Shown: piece by piece, positions 8,551 through 16,660 of the stretch
How the letters are laid out: the number at the start of each line of letters is the position of its first letter
Numbering within the stretch: the stretch's first letter is position 1
From: Chloroflexi bacterium UBA4730
GTDB taxonomy: Bacteria; Chloroflexota; Limnocylindria; P2-11E
Length of the DNA: 64,000 nt
NCBI GenBank assembly: GCA_002404155.1
Contig: DHJC01000073.1
Coordinates: forward strand, 38,937 to 102,936
Reading direction: 5' to 3'
Notes under the pieces: model-generated
The model's database searches: none
Seen by the model: the letters and a program-made list of their open reading frames with translations, nothing else
What the model was told of the DNA's origin: nothing
Position numbers and translations under genes: made by a program

Positions 8551-8793
8551 ATGAGGAGCTACGTGCTCGAGTTCGTGGTTACGCATCCAGTTGCGACCGC
8601 CAGCGCGCTTCGTCAACAGCTGCGCAAGAGCCTTCCGTGGGCGCACGAGCTGCTCGTGGTCGGCGACGAGGACGTACTCAAGGTGCATGTGCGAACGGGG
8701 CGTCCCGATCTCGCACTCGGGATCGGCCTGGAGTGCGGCGTGGTCGACGACATCGTGCTCAAGGCCGAGGCGAGTTCGGTGCTCGTCGCCTAA
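8551..8793 (+). CDS. Stand-alone small protein resembling the middle domain of DAK2/FakA fatty-acid kinases
   Basis: LLVVGDEDVLKVHVRTGRPDLALGIGLECGVVDDI resembles the VVGD..VKVHVHT..P motif of FakA/YloV; start could be 8506 or 8551. Confidence 0.55.
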   Translation: MRSYVLEFVVTHPVATASALRQQLRKSLPWAHELLVVGDEDVLKVHVRTGRPDLALGIGLECGVVDDIVLKAEASSVLVA

Positions 8794-8851
8794 GCCTCGC
8801 GACGCCGGCGTTCTTCCCTATCGGGGCCCGTTCAGCCGACCTATGGCGGCG

Positions 8852-9496
8852 CTAGAGGCGCGGCTTGTGCTTCGCCATGTACGCCGCGGCCTCGGCGCGG
8901 CGTGAGAGGCCGAGCTTGTCGAGGATCCGGCTGACGTAGTTCTTCACCGTCTTCTCCGACAGGAAGAGTGCGTCGCCGATCTCGCGGTTCGTCTTTCCTT
9001 CGGCCAGGCCCGAAAGCACCTTGCGCTCCTGCTCGGTGAGCGAAGCGAGTGCAGGATCTTCAGCCCGGCTCTCTCGCAGTCGCTCCAGCACCTTGCCCGT
9101 GACATCGGGATCGAGCAACGAGCGACCGGCGGCGACGGCGGTGATCGCGTCGACGACGGCCTGACCGCGGGTCTGCTTCAACAGATACCCGGAGGCGCCG
9201 GCGATGATCGAGGCGAACAGCGCCTCGTCGTCGGCGTACGAAGTGAGCATGATCACCTTCGTCTCGGGTCGCGCCTCGCGGATCGCGCGGCATGCCTCGA
9301 CTCCGGAGCCATCGGGAAGGCGCACGTCCATGATCACCACATCCGGCTTGGCGCGTGCCGCGGCCTCGATCGATTCGGCCACGCTGCCGGCCTCCCCGAC
9401 CACGCTCATCCCCGCCTGGCGGCTGATTAAGCCGCGAAGTCCCTCCCGTACCACCTCGTGGTCATCGCAGATCAGCACCCGTGTCGTCGTCGTCAT
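8852..9496 (-). CDS. NarL/LuxR-family response regulator, DosR/DevR-like
   Basis: RVLICDDHEVVREGL, DVVIMDVRLPDGSGVEACR, LTSYADDEALFASIIAGASGYLLK, LTEQERKVL..LAEGKTNREIG..LFLSEKTVKNYVSRILDKLG, closely matching DevR. Confidence 0.92.
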   Translation of the reverse strand: MTTTTRVLICDDHEVVREGLRGLISRQAGMSVVGEAGSVAESIEAAARAKPDVVIMDVRLPDGSGVEACRAIREARPETKVIMLTSYADDEALFASIIAGASGYLLKQTRGQAVVDAITAVAAGRSLLDPDVTGKVLERLRESRAEDPALASLTEQERKVLSGLAEGKTNREIGDALFLSEKTVKNYVSRILDKLGLSRRAEAAAYMAKHKPRL

Positions 9497-10863
9497 GCCG
9501 CGGCTCCCTTCGATATAGGCATCCGCATCACCAGGCGGGTCCCGGCGCCCGGGCGCGACTCAAGCTCCAAGCGTGCACCCGCATTGAACGCGCGCTGGCG
9601 GATGTTCCGCAGACCAAGGCCCCCGACCGCACGCTCGGTCTGGAATCCGACGCCGTCGTCCTGGATCTCGAGCACGACCGCACCGTCCTCGTGGCGCAGA
9701 GCGAGCACGACGTGCCGTGCCCGCGCGTGACGCGAGACGTTGCCGAGGGCATCGGCAGCAACGTAGAACACGGCCTCGCGTGCGGCGCGATCCAAGCGCG
9801 CCTCTGCCTCCGGATCGATGCGCACGTCCACGTCCAGCAGCGCGTTGGTCGCGATGTGCTGCGCCAGGGTCGGGAGCGACTCGCGTAGCGGGCGGTCAGA
9901 TCCTCCGATCGGGCGGAGGCCGAGCACGTAGCCGCGCAGATCGGCGATGGCGGCATTGAGTCGGTCGACCGCACGTTCGAGCTGCGCGCGGGCCTCACTG
10001 GGTGCGCGTTCGACCTCTTCGGAAGCGCCCTCGATGAGCAGGCCCAGAGCGTAGAGCGACTGGATCGCGCCGTCGTGCAGATCCATCCCGATGCGATGCC
10101 GCTCCTCGAGCACGGACATCTTGCTGGTCTGGGCGTAGAGACGCGCGTTCTCGATCGCGATCGCGGCTTGCGCGGCCAACGCGAGCAACGCCTCCTCGTC
10201 CTCGACCGTGAACTCGTTGCCGCCCAGTTTCTCGGTCAGGTAGAGATTGCCCACCGACTCACCCCGCCAGCGGATCGGCACACCCAGGAAGCTCTTCATC
10301 GGTGGATGGTTGGGCGGAAAGCCGACGGAGGCCGGATGCGCGCGGAGGTCACGTAGCCGGATCGGGCGACCCTCGCGGGGCAGGAGCCCGAGGATACCTT
10401 TGCCCACTGGCGGCGGGCCGATCCGTTCGTGTGCTTCGTCGCTGATCCCTGACGTGTAGAAGTGCGTGATGCGCCCCTGCTCATCGAACGTGCCCAGCGC
10501 CGCGTACTTGGCATCGCCGACGATGCGCGCAAGCTCGGCGATCTTGTGCAGCAGGGTCTCGGTCTCGAGCTCGGCACTGAGCGCGAGTCCAGCTTCGTTC
10601 AGCGCCCGGAGCCGACGCGACTGCGCGATCTCGCGCAGGTGCAGATCACCCAAGCGTGCCAGGATCGCGATCGCGAAGGTGACGACGCCAGCGGCACCGA
10701 TCGCCAGAAGTGCGGCGTGGCCCGCTGCCGAGGGCAGTGACGGCTCCAGTACCCAATAGTCGAGCCCGACGAGCGCAGCGAGCAGCAGCACGGGAAGCAC
10801 GAGCGCCGCAGCGATGAGGCGAGCGGGATAGACACGCCGACCGGCCAGGACGCCGAGGTTCAC
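9493..10863 (-). CDS. GAF-domain sensor histidine kinase, DosS/DosT-like
   Basis: Two N-terminal TM; GAF with HPASVGFPPNHPPMKSFLGVPI (DosS-type heme His position); HisKA_3 ERHRIGMDLHDGAIQSL; HATPase DDGVGF...GLGLRNI; coupled to the regulator (ATGA overlap). Confidence 0.9.
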   Translation of the reverse strand: MNLGVLAGRRVYPARLIAAALVLPVLLLAALVGLDYWVLEPSLPSAAGHAALLAIGAAGVVTFAIAILARLGDLHLREIAQSRRLRALNEAGLALSAELETETLLHKIAELARIVGDAKYAALGTFDEQGRITHFYTSGISDEAHERIGPPPVGKGILGLLPREGRPIRLRDLRAHPASVGFPPNHPPMKSFLGVPIRWRGESVGNLYLTEKLGGNEFTVEDEEALLALAAQAAIAIENARLYAQTSKMSVLEERHRIGMDLHDGAIQSLYALGLLIEGASEEVERAPSEARAQLERAVDRLNAAIADLRGYVLGLRPIGGSDRPLRESLPTLAQHIATNALLDVDVRIDPEAEARLDRAAREAVFYVAADALGNVSRHARARHVVLALRHEDGAVVLEIQDDGVGFQTERAVGGLGLRNIRQRAFNAGARLELESRPGAGTRLVMRMPISKGAAA

Positions 10864-10871
10864 ACCCTCGA

Positions 10872-11243
10872 TTATCGGACTAGCCCGTGGACCCCGGGCC
10901 CGACGCAGGCGTCCGCGCCTGCGGACGCGACGGCCGTGATGACGGGCTCGTGGCGCCCCTGGGCATCAAGCTGGTCCTTGGCGAAGGCGATCGGGAGCGA
11001 GTGGCTCGCGCGGATCAGCATGAGGGTGAGCTCTGGCGTGAGTGTGGATCGGTCATAGATCGCCAGGTCCGCCTCCGTGTGGAGCGGGCAGTGGGCGCCG
11101 TCGAGGAGCACGCAGAGCACCTGGGGCCCGACGCAACGGAGGGTGCGCATACCGAGCGCCTCGAGGTGGCGCGCCCAGTCGGAACGGACCGCGGAATCCG
11201 CACTGACGACCAGTGCTGTTCGCAGACGAGAGGGGCGGATCAC
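10872..11243 (-). CDS. Hypothetical protein, degenerate receiver-like fold with Cys/His cluster
   Basis: ALVVSADSAVRSDWARHLEALGMRTLRCVGPQVLCVLLDGAHCPLHTEADLAIYD; directly upstream of and co-oriented with the sensor kinase. Confidence 0.6.
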   Translation of the reverse strand: MIRPSRLRTALVVSADSAVRSDWARHLEALGMRTLRCVGPQVLCVLLDGAHCPLHTEADLAIYDRSTLTPELTLMLIRASHSLPIAFAKDQLDAQGRHEPVITAVASAGADACVGPGVHGLVR

Positions 11244-11290
11244 TCCGCCCCTCTCGGAAAAGGAGTGGACGTCACGACGTGGACGTCACG

Positions 11291-11466
11291 TCAGACTGCC
11301 GCGGGCGGCGCGTTGCCGCGGATCCGCGGCGTCTTGTCTTGGTTGACTCGCCACGGGGTGCCGAGGATCGGCAGCAGGCCGATGAGCGCCGGCGAGTGTC
11401 GCTGAAGAGGAACCTCGCGATGGGCGGGTCCGAGATGATGCGCTCTTGGGTGATGATGTTCGCCAC
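11291..11466 (-). pseudogene. Internally deleted DoxX/DoxD-like membrane protein relic
   Basis: GTG start with RBS; N-terminus ANIITQERIISDPPIARFLFSDTR joined out of frame to C-terminus ALIGLLPILGTPWRVNQDKTP...AV*; the central TM region is missing. Family assignment from recalled terminal motifs. Confidence 0.6.
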
Positions 11467-11511
11467 GCGCGCCTCCCCTCGGGCTTCACTGTCGCCCTTG
11501 TGGGGGAGCGC

Positions 11512-11579
11512 CGGAAGGGGCTTTCGGCACCATTGCGCTGGGCAGTTGTCCCGACTGGCCAGAACCTTCACCTCGTCGC
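11512..11579 (-). repeat. Copy 1 of duplicated 5'-leader element (candidate cis-regulatory RNA)
   Basis: 58/63 nt identical to 12201-12263; ends ~45 nt upstream of the DoxX-relic start. Confidence 0.85.
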
Positions 11580-11741
11580 ACGTCGAAAACCCGCCCGATC
11601 GCGGGACTCGGCACGGCGAATGTCTGGCCCGCGGAAGGCCCTTCGACTAACGGAAGGCCCTCCGACCAGTGCGGTGTGCTCGAGCACCGCGCACCCTATT
11701 CGGGGGCTTCCGTTTGTAACTCAGGTCTGGGGAGACCTGGG

Positions 11742-12152
11742 CTAGTTGACCGTGAAGGTCAGGTGCATGCCGGCCGCGTAGTGGCCGACCTCGTTGCACA
11801 TGATCACGTAATGACCGGCCGGGATGGTGATGGTGAACGTCTTGGACTCGCCGACCTTTACCTCACCGGTCTCACCGACGTTTCCGGTCTCGTCCACCTT
11901 GCCGGGCTCTTCCACGTCCGGGGCGAGCTTGTTCTCGGCCAGGTCGGTCTGGATGACGACGAGCTCGTGCTCCATCGTCCCGCTGTTCTTCACCACGAAC
12001 GTGATCGGACCGGCCGGAAGGCTCGTCTTGTCCAGCGCGATCTTCATCTCGGTGAGCGTCGCGTTGACCGTACCGCCCTTCGCGGGGGCGGCGCAGCCCA
12101 TGACGAGGGCCGCAGCGATCGCGAGCATCGCCATGAACTTCAGCTTGCGCAT
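11742..12152 (-). CDS. Type 1 blue copper (cupredoxin) lipoprotein
   Basis: ATG at 12152 after AAGGAG; lipobox LVMGC; MEHELVV and HYVIMCNEVGHYAAGM (His, Cys-x4-His-x4-Met Cu ligands). Confidence 0.9.
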   Translation of the reverse strand: MRKLKFMAMLAIAAALVMGCAAPAKGGTVNATLTEMKIALDKTSLPAGPITFVVKNSGTMEHELVVIQTDLAENKLAPDVEEPGKVDETGNVGETGEVKVGESKTFTITIPAGHYVIMCNEVGHYAAGMHLTFTVN

Positions 12153-12200
12153 ATATCGTGACTCCTTTTCGGCTTCACACTCGGGCCTGACCGGCAGCGT

Positions 12201-12268
12201 CGGAAGGGGCTTTCGGCACCATTGGGCTGGGCAGTTGTCCCGGCTCGCCGGGACCTTCACCTCTTCCG
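12201..12268 (-). repeat. Copy 2 of duplicated 5'-leader element (candidate cis-regulatory RNA)
   Basis: Sense strand CGGAAGAGGUGAAG-GUCCCGG(CGAG)CCGGGAC-AACUGCCCAGCCCAAUGGUGCCGAAAGCCCCUUCCG; ends can pair (CGGAAG/CUUCCG); ~50 nt upstream of the cupredoxin ATG. Confidence 0.85.
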
Positions 12269-12321
12269 AAGGCTGAAAACCGGGCAATCGCCGGCTGGCT
12301 CGCGAGCTGCGCCCTGTCCGT

Positions 12322-12337
12322 CGGGACCTACCGGCCG
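12322..12337. promoter_or_regulatory. DosR/OsdR-like box (CGGGACCTACCGGCCG) upstream of the cupredoxin leader
   Basis: Partial match to the recurrent motif. Confidence 0.4.
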
Positions 12338-12762
12338 AAGAGCGCACGCGCGGGCCAGCCCAGCCAGAGCTGGGTCACGAGCACAGCGGCGCTGACCGAG
12401 AGCGCCGCCACCGGGTTGAACAGCGGCCAGGTCCGATGAAGAGCGCGAGGCCGAGCGTCGAGACGACGGCGGACAGGACTGCGAGCGTCCTCCACGCCTC
12501 GCTCGGAACGAGCACTCCCCAGAACGAGCAGGCGGCGGCGATGAATCCGATCATCGAGACGGCCCAGAAGCCGGTGGCCAGCGGTCGCGATCGGACTCGC
12601 GAGCGACGGCAGCAGCCAGGAGCGCGCGGCGAGCCACCCAGCCTGATCCGCCGCTGCGACGTAGCCCAGCTTCCGAGTGACCAGCGCTCCGATGACTCCC
12701 ACGTGACCGAGCCCATGGATCGAGAGCACGGCCGTGATCCGGTTGAGGTTCTCGGTCGACAC
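12328..12762 (-). pseudogene. Small membrane protein gene with two frameshifts
   Basis: A coherent hydrophobic sequence is obtained only by switching frames: IHGLGHVG...SLASPIAT / LATGFWAVSMIGFIAAACSFWGVLVPSEAWRTLAVLSAVVSTLGLALFIG / TWPLFNPVAALSVSAAVLVTQLWLGWP. Confidence 0.6.
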
Positions 12763-13074
12763 CGGAGCGGCCCCCCTGATGGCGTGACAGGCGAAAGTGC
12801 CTCAAGCGGCCTGCCGGCCATCGACGAGGTATTCATGACACACCTCCCGTCGCGGCGGAGGCGGTCGTGTGATGCCATCGCTGACCGTCGTCGATGCCGC
12901 TCCCGAGGTTGGCCATTGATGAGATCTCTGGCGTCGACCTCTCTCGCAGGTCCCTTGAGGCTCGCTCATCCTTGGCGCCACACGCGCTCATCCGGAAGGG
13001 CCACCCGTCGTGCGCCAGCGGGACCGACGTCATCTCTTGCGTCGTCGTCCGGCGCACAAGCTGATCTCGGCGGG

Positions 13075-14096
13075 TCAATGGGGCAGGGGCGCGGTCCGGT
13101 CCCAGATCTCGGCGATCGAGGGTCGGTCACGGTCGAGCGATCCAGCGGATCCGTGCTCGTCCATCGCGAGAGGAAGTGCGAGCGCGAAAACGCTGCCGGC
13201 GCTGGAGCTGGTCTCCAGCCACAGTCGCCCGCCCTGACGTTCGGCGAGCCGTTGGCTGATGTGCAGGCCCAATCCGGTGCCAGGCACCGAGCGGGTGCTC
13301 GATGATCGAAAGAACGGCGTGAAGAGCCGGCCGCGCTCATCTGCGCGAACACCGACACCGTGGTCCGCGACCCGGACCTGCGCCTCAGCGCCGAGCATCG
13401 TGAGCGAGACCTCGATCGGCGCCTCCGCTGGGCTGTATTTGCGCGCGTTGCCCAGCAGGTTGTCGAGGATCTCTGCGGTCCGATCGAGGTCGCCACGTAC
13501 CGGCACCGGGCCCTCCGGACAGTGGAAGGTGATCCGTCGCGTCGCACCGTCCTCGTGCCGGGCGATCGCGTCCGCGATCGCGGGCGCGAGATCGAAGGCC
13601 ACGACCGTGAGGCTGAGGCCGTTCACGGCGAGGGCTGCTGCGTCCAGCAGCGCGCTGAGCAGCTTCGCCATCCGGTCGACCTGCGCGATCGCGAGGTCGA
13701 ACGTGTCGCGCTCGCGCTCCGGATCCTTCCCGATCTGCCGCCGCCCGAGCTGCAGCTGGCCGCGGATGACGGTGAGCGGCTGGCGCAGCTCATGGACGAT
13801 CGTGGCGAAGAGGTCGGTCTCCGGCCACGCAGCCGCGGGCGGCAAGCCGTCCTTCGGGAAGACGCTGATACCCGCCGCGGGCGCGGCCGGTCCCTCCACC
13901 GCGCTATTCACCGTCGCAAGGAGCTCCTCGACCACGTACGGCTTGGTCGCGAACCCGGCAGCGCGGCTGAAATCGCCCGCCCGCGCTTCGGCGAGCGCAG
14001 CGCTGTCCGCGCTGAAGATCACGACCGGGAGGGTCGGACCTCCGGATGAATGGGTTCAGCGTCATCCTCGACCACGAGTACGTTCTGCGGATCCAT
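13075..14096 (-). pseudogene. Hybrid receiver-histidine kinase with internally deleted, frameshifted receiver domain; HisKA/HATPase part (13075-14022) is an intact ORF
   Basis: RBS GGAGGA + ATG at 14096: MDPQNVLVVEDDAE, then out of frame to PTLPVVIFSAD...FATKPYVVEELL; kinase motifs TIVHELRQPLT, NLLGNARKYS, DHGVG, GTGLGLHIS. Confidence 0.75.
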
Positions 14097-14221
14097 CGGT
14101 TCCTCCGCCAGCTGAGCCGTTCCGTGACCGCCTCCGCTGGTTGATCGGACTTTTCTGGAGGCGCGCCGTCCGGCAGGTCCCTCGGGCTGGAACATCCTCG
14201 CGTGCGTCCGAGCTCGCGACG

Positions 14222-14259
14222 AGGGCCGGTGGTCCCGTTCCGATGGGCCGAAGGTCGGC
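14222..14259. promoter_or_regulatory. Two DosR/OsdR-like boxes (14222-14237 AGGGCCGGTGGTCCCG; 14244-14259 TGGGCCGAAGGTCGGC)
   Basis: Recurrent motif, upstream of the REC-HK gene. Confidence 0.65.
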
Positions 14260-14262
14260 CGC

Positions 14263-16659
14263 CTACGCCGGGCTCATGATCCGGTGCTTCACCAGCTCCA
14301 CGATGCCCAGATACGTAGCGACGACGGCGACGATGAACACGTAGTACGCCGGTGGAAGGGGCACGAAGCCGAGCGCCGTCGCGAACGGGCTGTACGGCAG
14401 GACCAGCCCGACGGCCACCGCCGCGAGCACCGCCAGGAACAACGGGCGGCTCGGACGGTTGCGCAGCGGATCGGCCGCGGTCCGGATCACGAGCAGCACG
14501 AGGGTCTGGGTCGCGAGCGACTCGATGAACCAGCCGGTCTGGAAGGCCGCGGCCCCGAAGCCGAACACGAAGATGAGCGCGCCGAACGTGAGCAGGTCAT
14601 AGGCCGAGCTCACCGGCCCCAGGACCAGCATGAACTTCCACACGAGCTTGATGTCCCAGCGGCGCGGCTTGCGGGTGAAGCTCGGATCGACGTTGTCAGT
14701 CGGGATGGCCATCTGCGACACGTCGTATAGGAAGTCGTTGACCAGGATCTGGCGGGGCATCATCGGGAGGAACGGCAGGAACAGCGACGCCGCGGCCATG
14801 CTGAGGACATTCCCGAAGCTCGAGCTGGTGCCCATGAGCAGGTACTTCACGACGTTCCCGAACGATCGGCGGCCGGCGACGATCCCCGTGTGGAGCACGG
14901 CGAGGGACCGGCTGCGAAGGATGACGTCGGCCGCGTCCTTCGCAACGTCGACGCCGGCAATGACCGAGATGCCGATGTCCGCCGAGTGGAGCGACGGCGC
15001 GTCGTTCACGCCGTCGCCGAGGAAGCCGACGACGTGCCCCCGGCGCTTCAGCGCGCGGATGACGCGCTCCTTCTGATCCGGTGTCACGCGGGCGAAGGCC
15101 CTGGTCGCCTCGGCGACCAGCGGCAGCCGCGCGTCGTCGATGCGATCAAGGTCGCTGCCCACGACGATCGGACCCGGATCCATGCCGATGCGCTCGCACA
15201 CATGCCGTGTGACGAGCTCGTTGTCGCCGGAGAGGATCTTGAGCTCGACGCCGTCGTCCCGCAGCGCGCGCACGACGTCGCCCACGCCCTCCAGCGGTGG
15301 ATCGGCGAACGCCAGGAAGCCCGCGAGCGCCAGGCCGTGCTCGTCCTCGGGACCGTAGGCCGCCTGCTCGGAGATCTCCCGCGAGCCGACCGCGAGGACG
15401 CGGAAGCCGTCCGCAGAGAGCGCGCGATACGTGGCCATCGCCCCCTCCCGCGCGTCCGTGTCGATGACGCAGGTGTCGAGGACGCCCTCCGGGGCGCCCT
15501 TGGTGACCAGCAGCCGCCGCCGGTCGCATGCCACGACGACCGAGGTCCGGCGCCGGGTGAAGTCGAACGGGACCTCGTCGATCTTCCGCGACCGTGCCGG
15601 GTCGGGGCGCTCGCGCGCGAGGATCGCCGCGTCCAACGGGCTCGCGATCCCGGTCTCGTACGCGCTGTTCAGCGCCCCGAGCCGGAGCGGCTCGTCGCAT
15701 GCGACACCGGCCGCATCGACGGCGCGTTCGAGCGCGAGGGCGCCGCTCGTGAGGGTGTTCGTCTTGTCGCTGCAGAGCACGTCGATGCTGCCGAGGTCCT
15801 GGATCGACGCGAGACGCTTCACGATGACGCCCTCGCGCGACATGCGAACCGCCCCCTGCGCGAGCGTGACCGTCATGATCATCGGCAGGTATTCGGGCGT
15901 GAGGCCCATCGCGAGCGCGATCGCGAACAGCAGTGTCTCGAGCGGATCGCGATGCAGCGCGATGTTCACCAGCAGCACGAAGAGGACGAAGAAGAAGACG
16001 GTCCGCATGATGAGGACGCCGAAGGCGCGGGTGCCGCGCTCGAACTCGGTCTCGGGCGGCCGCTGCGTCAGCGACGCCGCGATCCGGCCGAACGCCGTGG
16101 CGCCGCCCGTGCGGACGACCTCGGCCACCGCGAATCCGGCCACCACGGACGTCCCGGCATAGGCGGCGTCGCCGACCGCCTTCTCGGCCGGCACGGATTC
16201 GCCGGTGAGGACGGCCTCCTGGACGTGCAGCTCGCGCTCCTCCCGGAGCTCGGCGTCGGCGGGGACGAGGTCGCCGGCGGACAGCCGGATCAGGTCGCCG
16301 ATGACCAGCTCGCGATGCGGGATCTCGACCCACGCGCCGTCCCGCTGCACGTGGGCGAGCGGAGCGACGAGGGCCCGTAGGGCGGAGGCGGCTCTCTGCG
16401 AGCGATAGGTTTGGACGAACGACAGGGCGGTGCCCATCGCGACCATCGCGACGATTACCGTCGCGTTCACGACCTCGCCGACCGCCGCCGACACCGCGCT
16501 CGCGAGGACCAGGATCACGATCAGGGGGTTCGTCACGAGCGTCGCGAGCTCGCGCGCCGCGCTGAAGCGCTCGCGACGAGCGATCTCGTTCGGACCGTCG
16601 CGGGCGAGCCGCCGCCGCGCCGCGTCGGACGAGAGCCCGGACACCGGCGCGTCCGTCAC
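14263..16659 (-). CDS. mgtA: P-type ATPase, Mg2+-importing MgtA-like
   Basis: GTG at 16659; LTGES, GLTPEYLPMI, DVLCSDKTNTLT (variant), KGAPE, DPP, SGDN, GDGVNDAPSLHSADIGIS, FQTGWFIESLATQTLV (MgtA-type). Confidence 0.82.
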   Translation of the reverse strand: MTDAPVSGLSSDAARRRLARDGPNEIARRERFSAARELATLVTNPLIVILVLASAVSAAVGEVVNATVIVAMVAMGTALSFVQTYRSQRAASALRALVAPLAHVQRDGAWVEIPHRELVIGDLIRLSAGDLVPADAELREERELHVQEAVLTGESVPAEKAVGDAAYAGTSVVAGFAVAEVVRTGGATAFGRIAASLTQRPPETEFERGTRAFGVLIMRTVFFFVLFVLLVNIALHRDPLETLLFAIALAMGLTPEYLPMIMTVTLAQGAVRMSREGVIVKRLASIQDLGSIDVLCSDKTNTLTSGALALERAVDAAGVACDEPLRLGALNSAYETGIASPLDAAILARERPDPARSRKIDEVPFDFTRRRTSVVVACDRRRLLVTKGAPEGVLDTCVIDTDAREGAMATYRALSADGFRVLAVGSREISEQAAYGPEDEHGLALAGFLAFADPPLEGVGDVVRALRDDGVELKILSGDNELVTRHVCERIGMDPGPIVVGSDLDRIDDARLPLVAEATRAFARVTPDQKERVIRALKRRGHVVGFLGDGVNDAPSLHSADIGISVIAGVDVAKDAADVILRSRSLAVLHTGIVAGRRSFGNVVKYLLMGTSSSFGNVLSMAAASLFLPFLPMMPRQILVNDFLYDVSQMAIPTDNVDPSFTRKPRRWDIKLVWKFMLVLGPVSSAYDLLTFGALIFVFGFGAAAFQTGWFIESLATQTLVLLVIRTAADPLRNRPSRPLFLAVLAAVAVGLVLPYSPFATALGFVPLPPAYYVFIVAVVATYLGIVELVKHRIMSPA

Positions 16660-16660
16660 G

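Noticed and set aside
7513-8688. 391-aa version of the FeS subunit
   Set aside because: The extension crosses the promoter and the opposite-strand gene; the RBS and Tat signal place the start at 8292.
11265-11290. GTGGACGTCACG repeated twice at 14-nt spacing
   Set aside because: Only two units, not seen elsewhere in the window; may be a local duplication at the relic end. No function can be supported.
11512-12268. Assignment of the duplicated leader to SAM-I, lysine, glmS, Moco or c-di-GMP riboswitch classes
   Set aside because: Only short words match (AGAGGUG, CAAC, GGUGCC, GCCGAA); the required core elements and lengths do not.
12833-13078. 81-aa minus-strand ORF
   Set aside because: No recognisable motif or RBS; could be decayed sequence.
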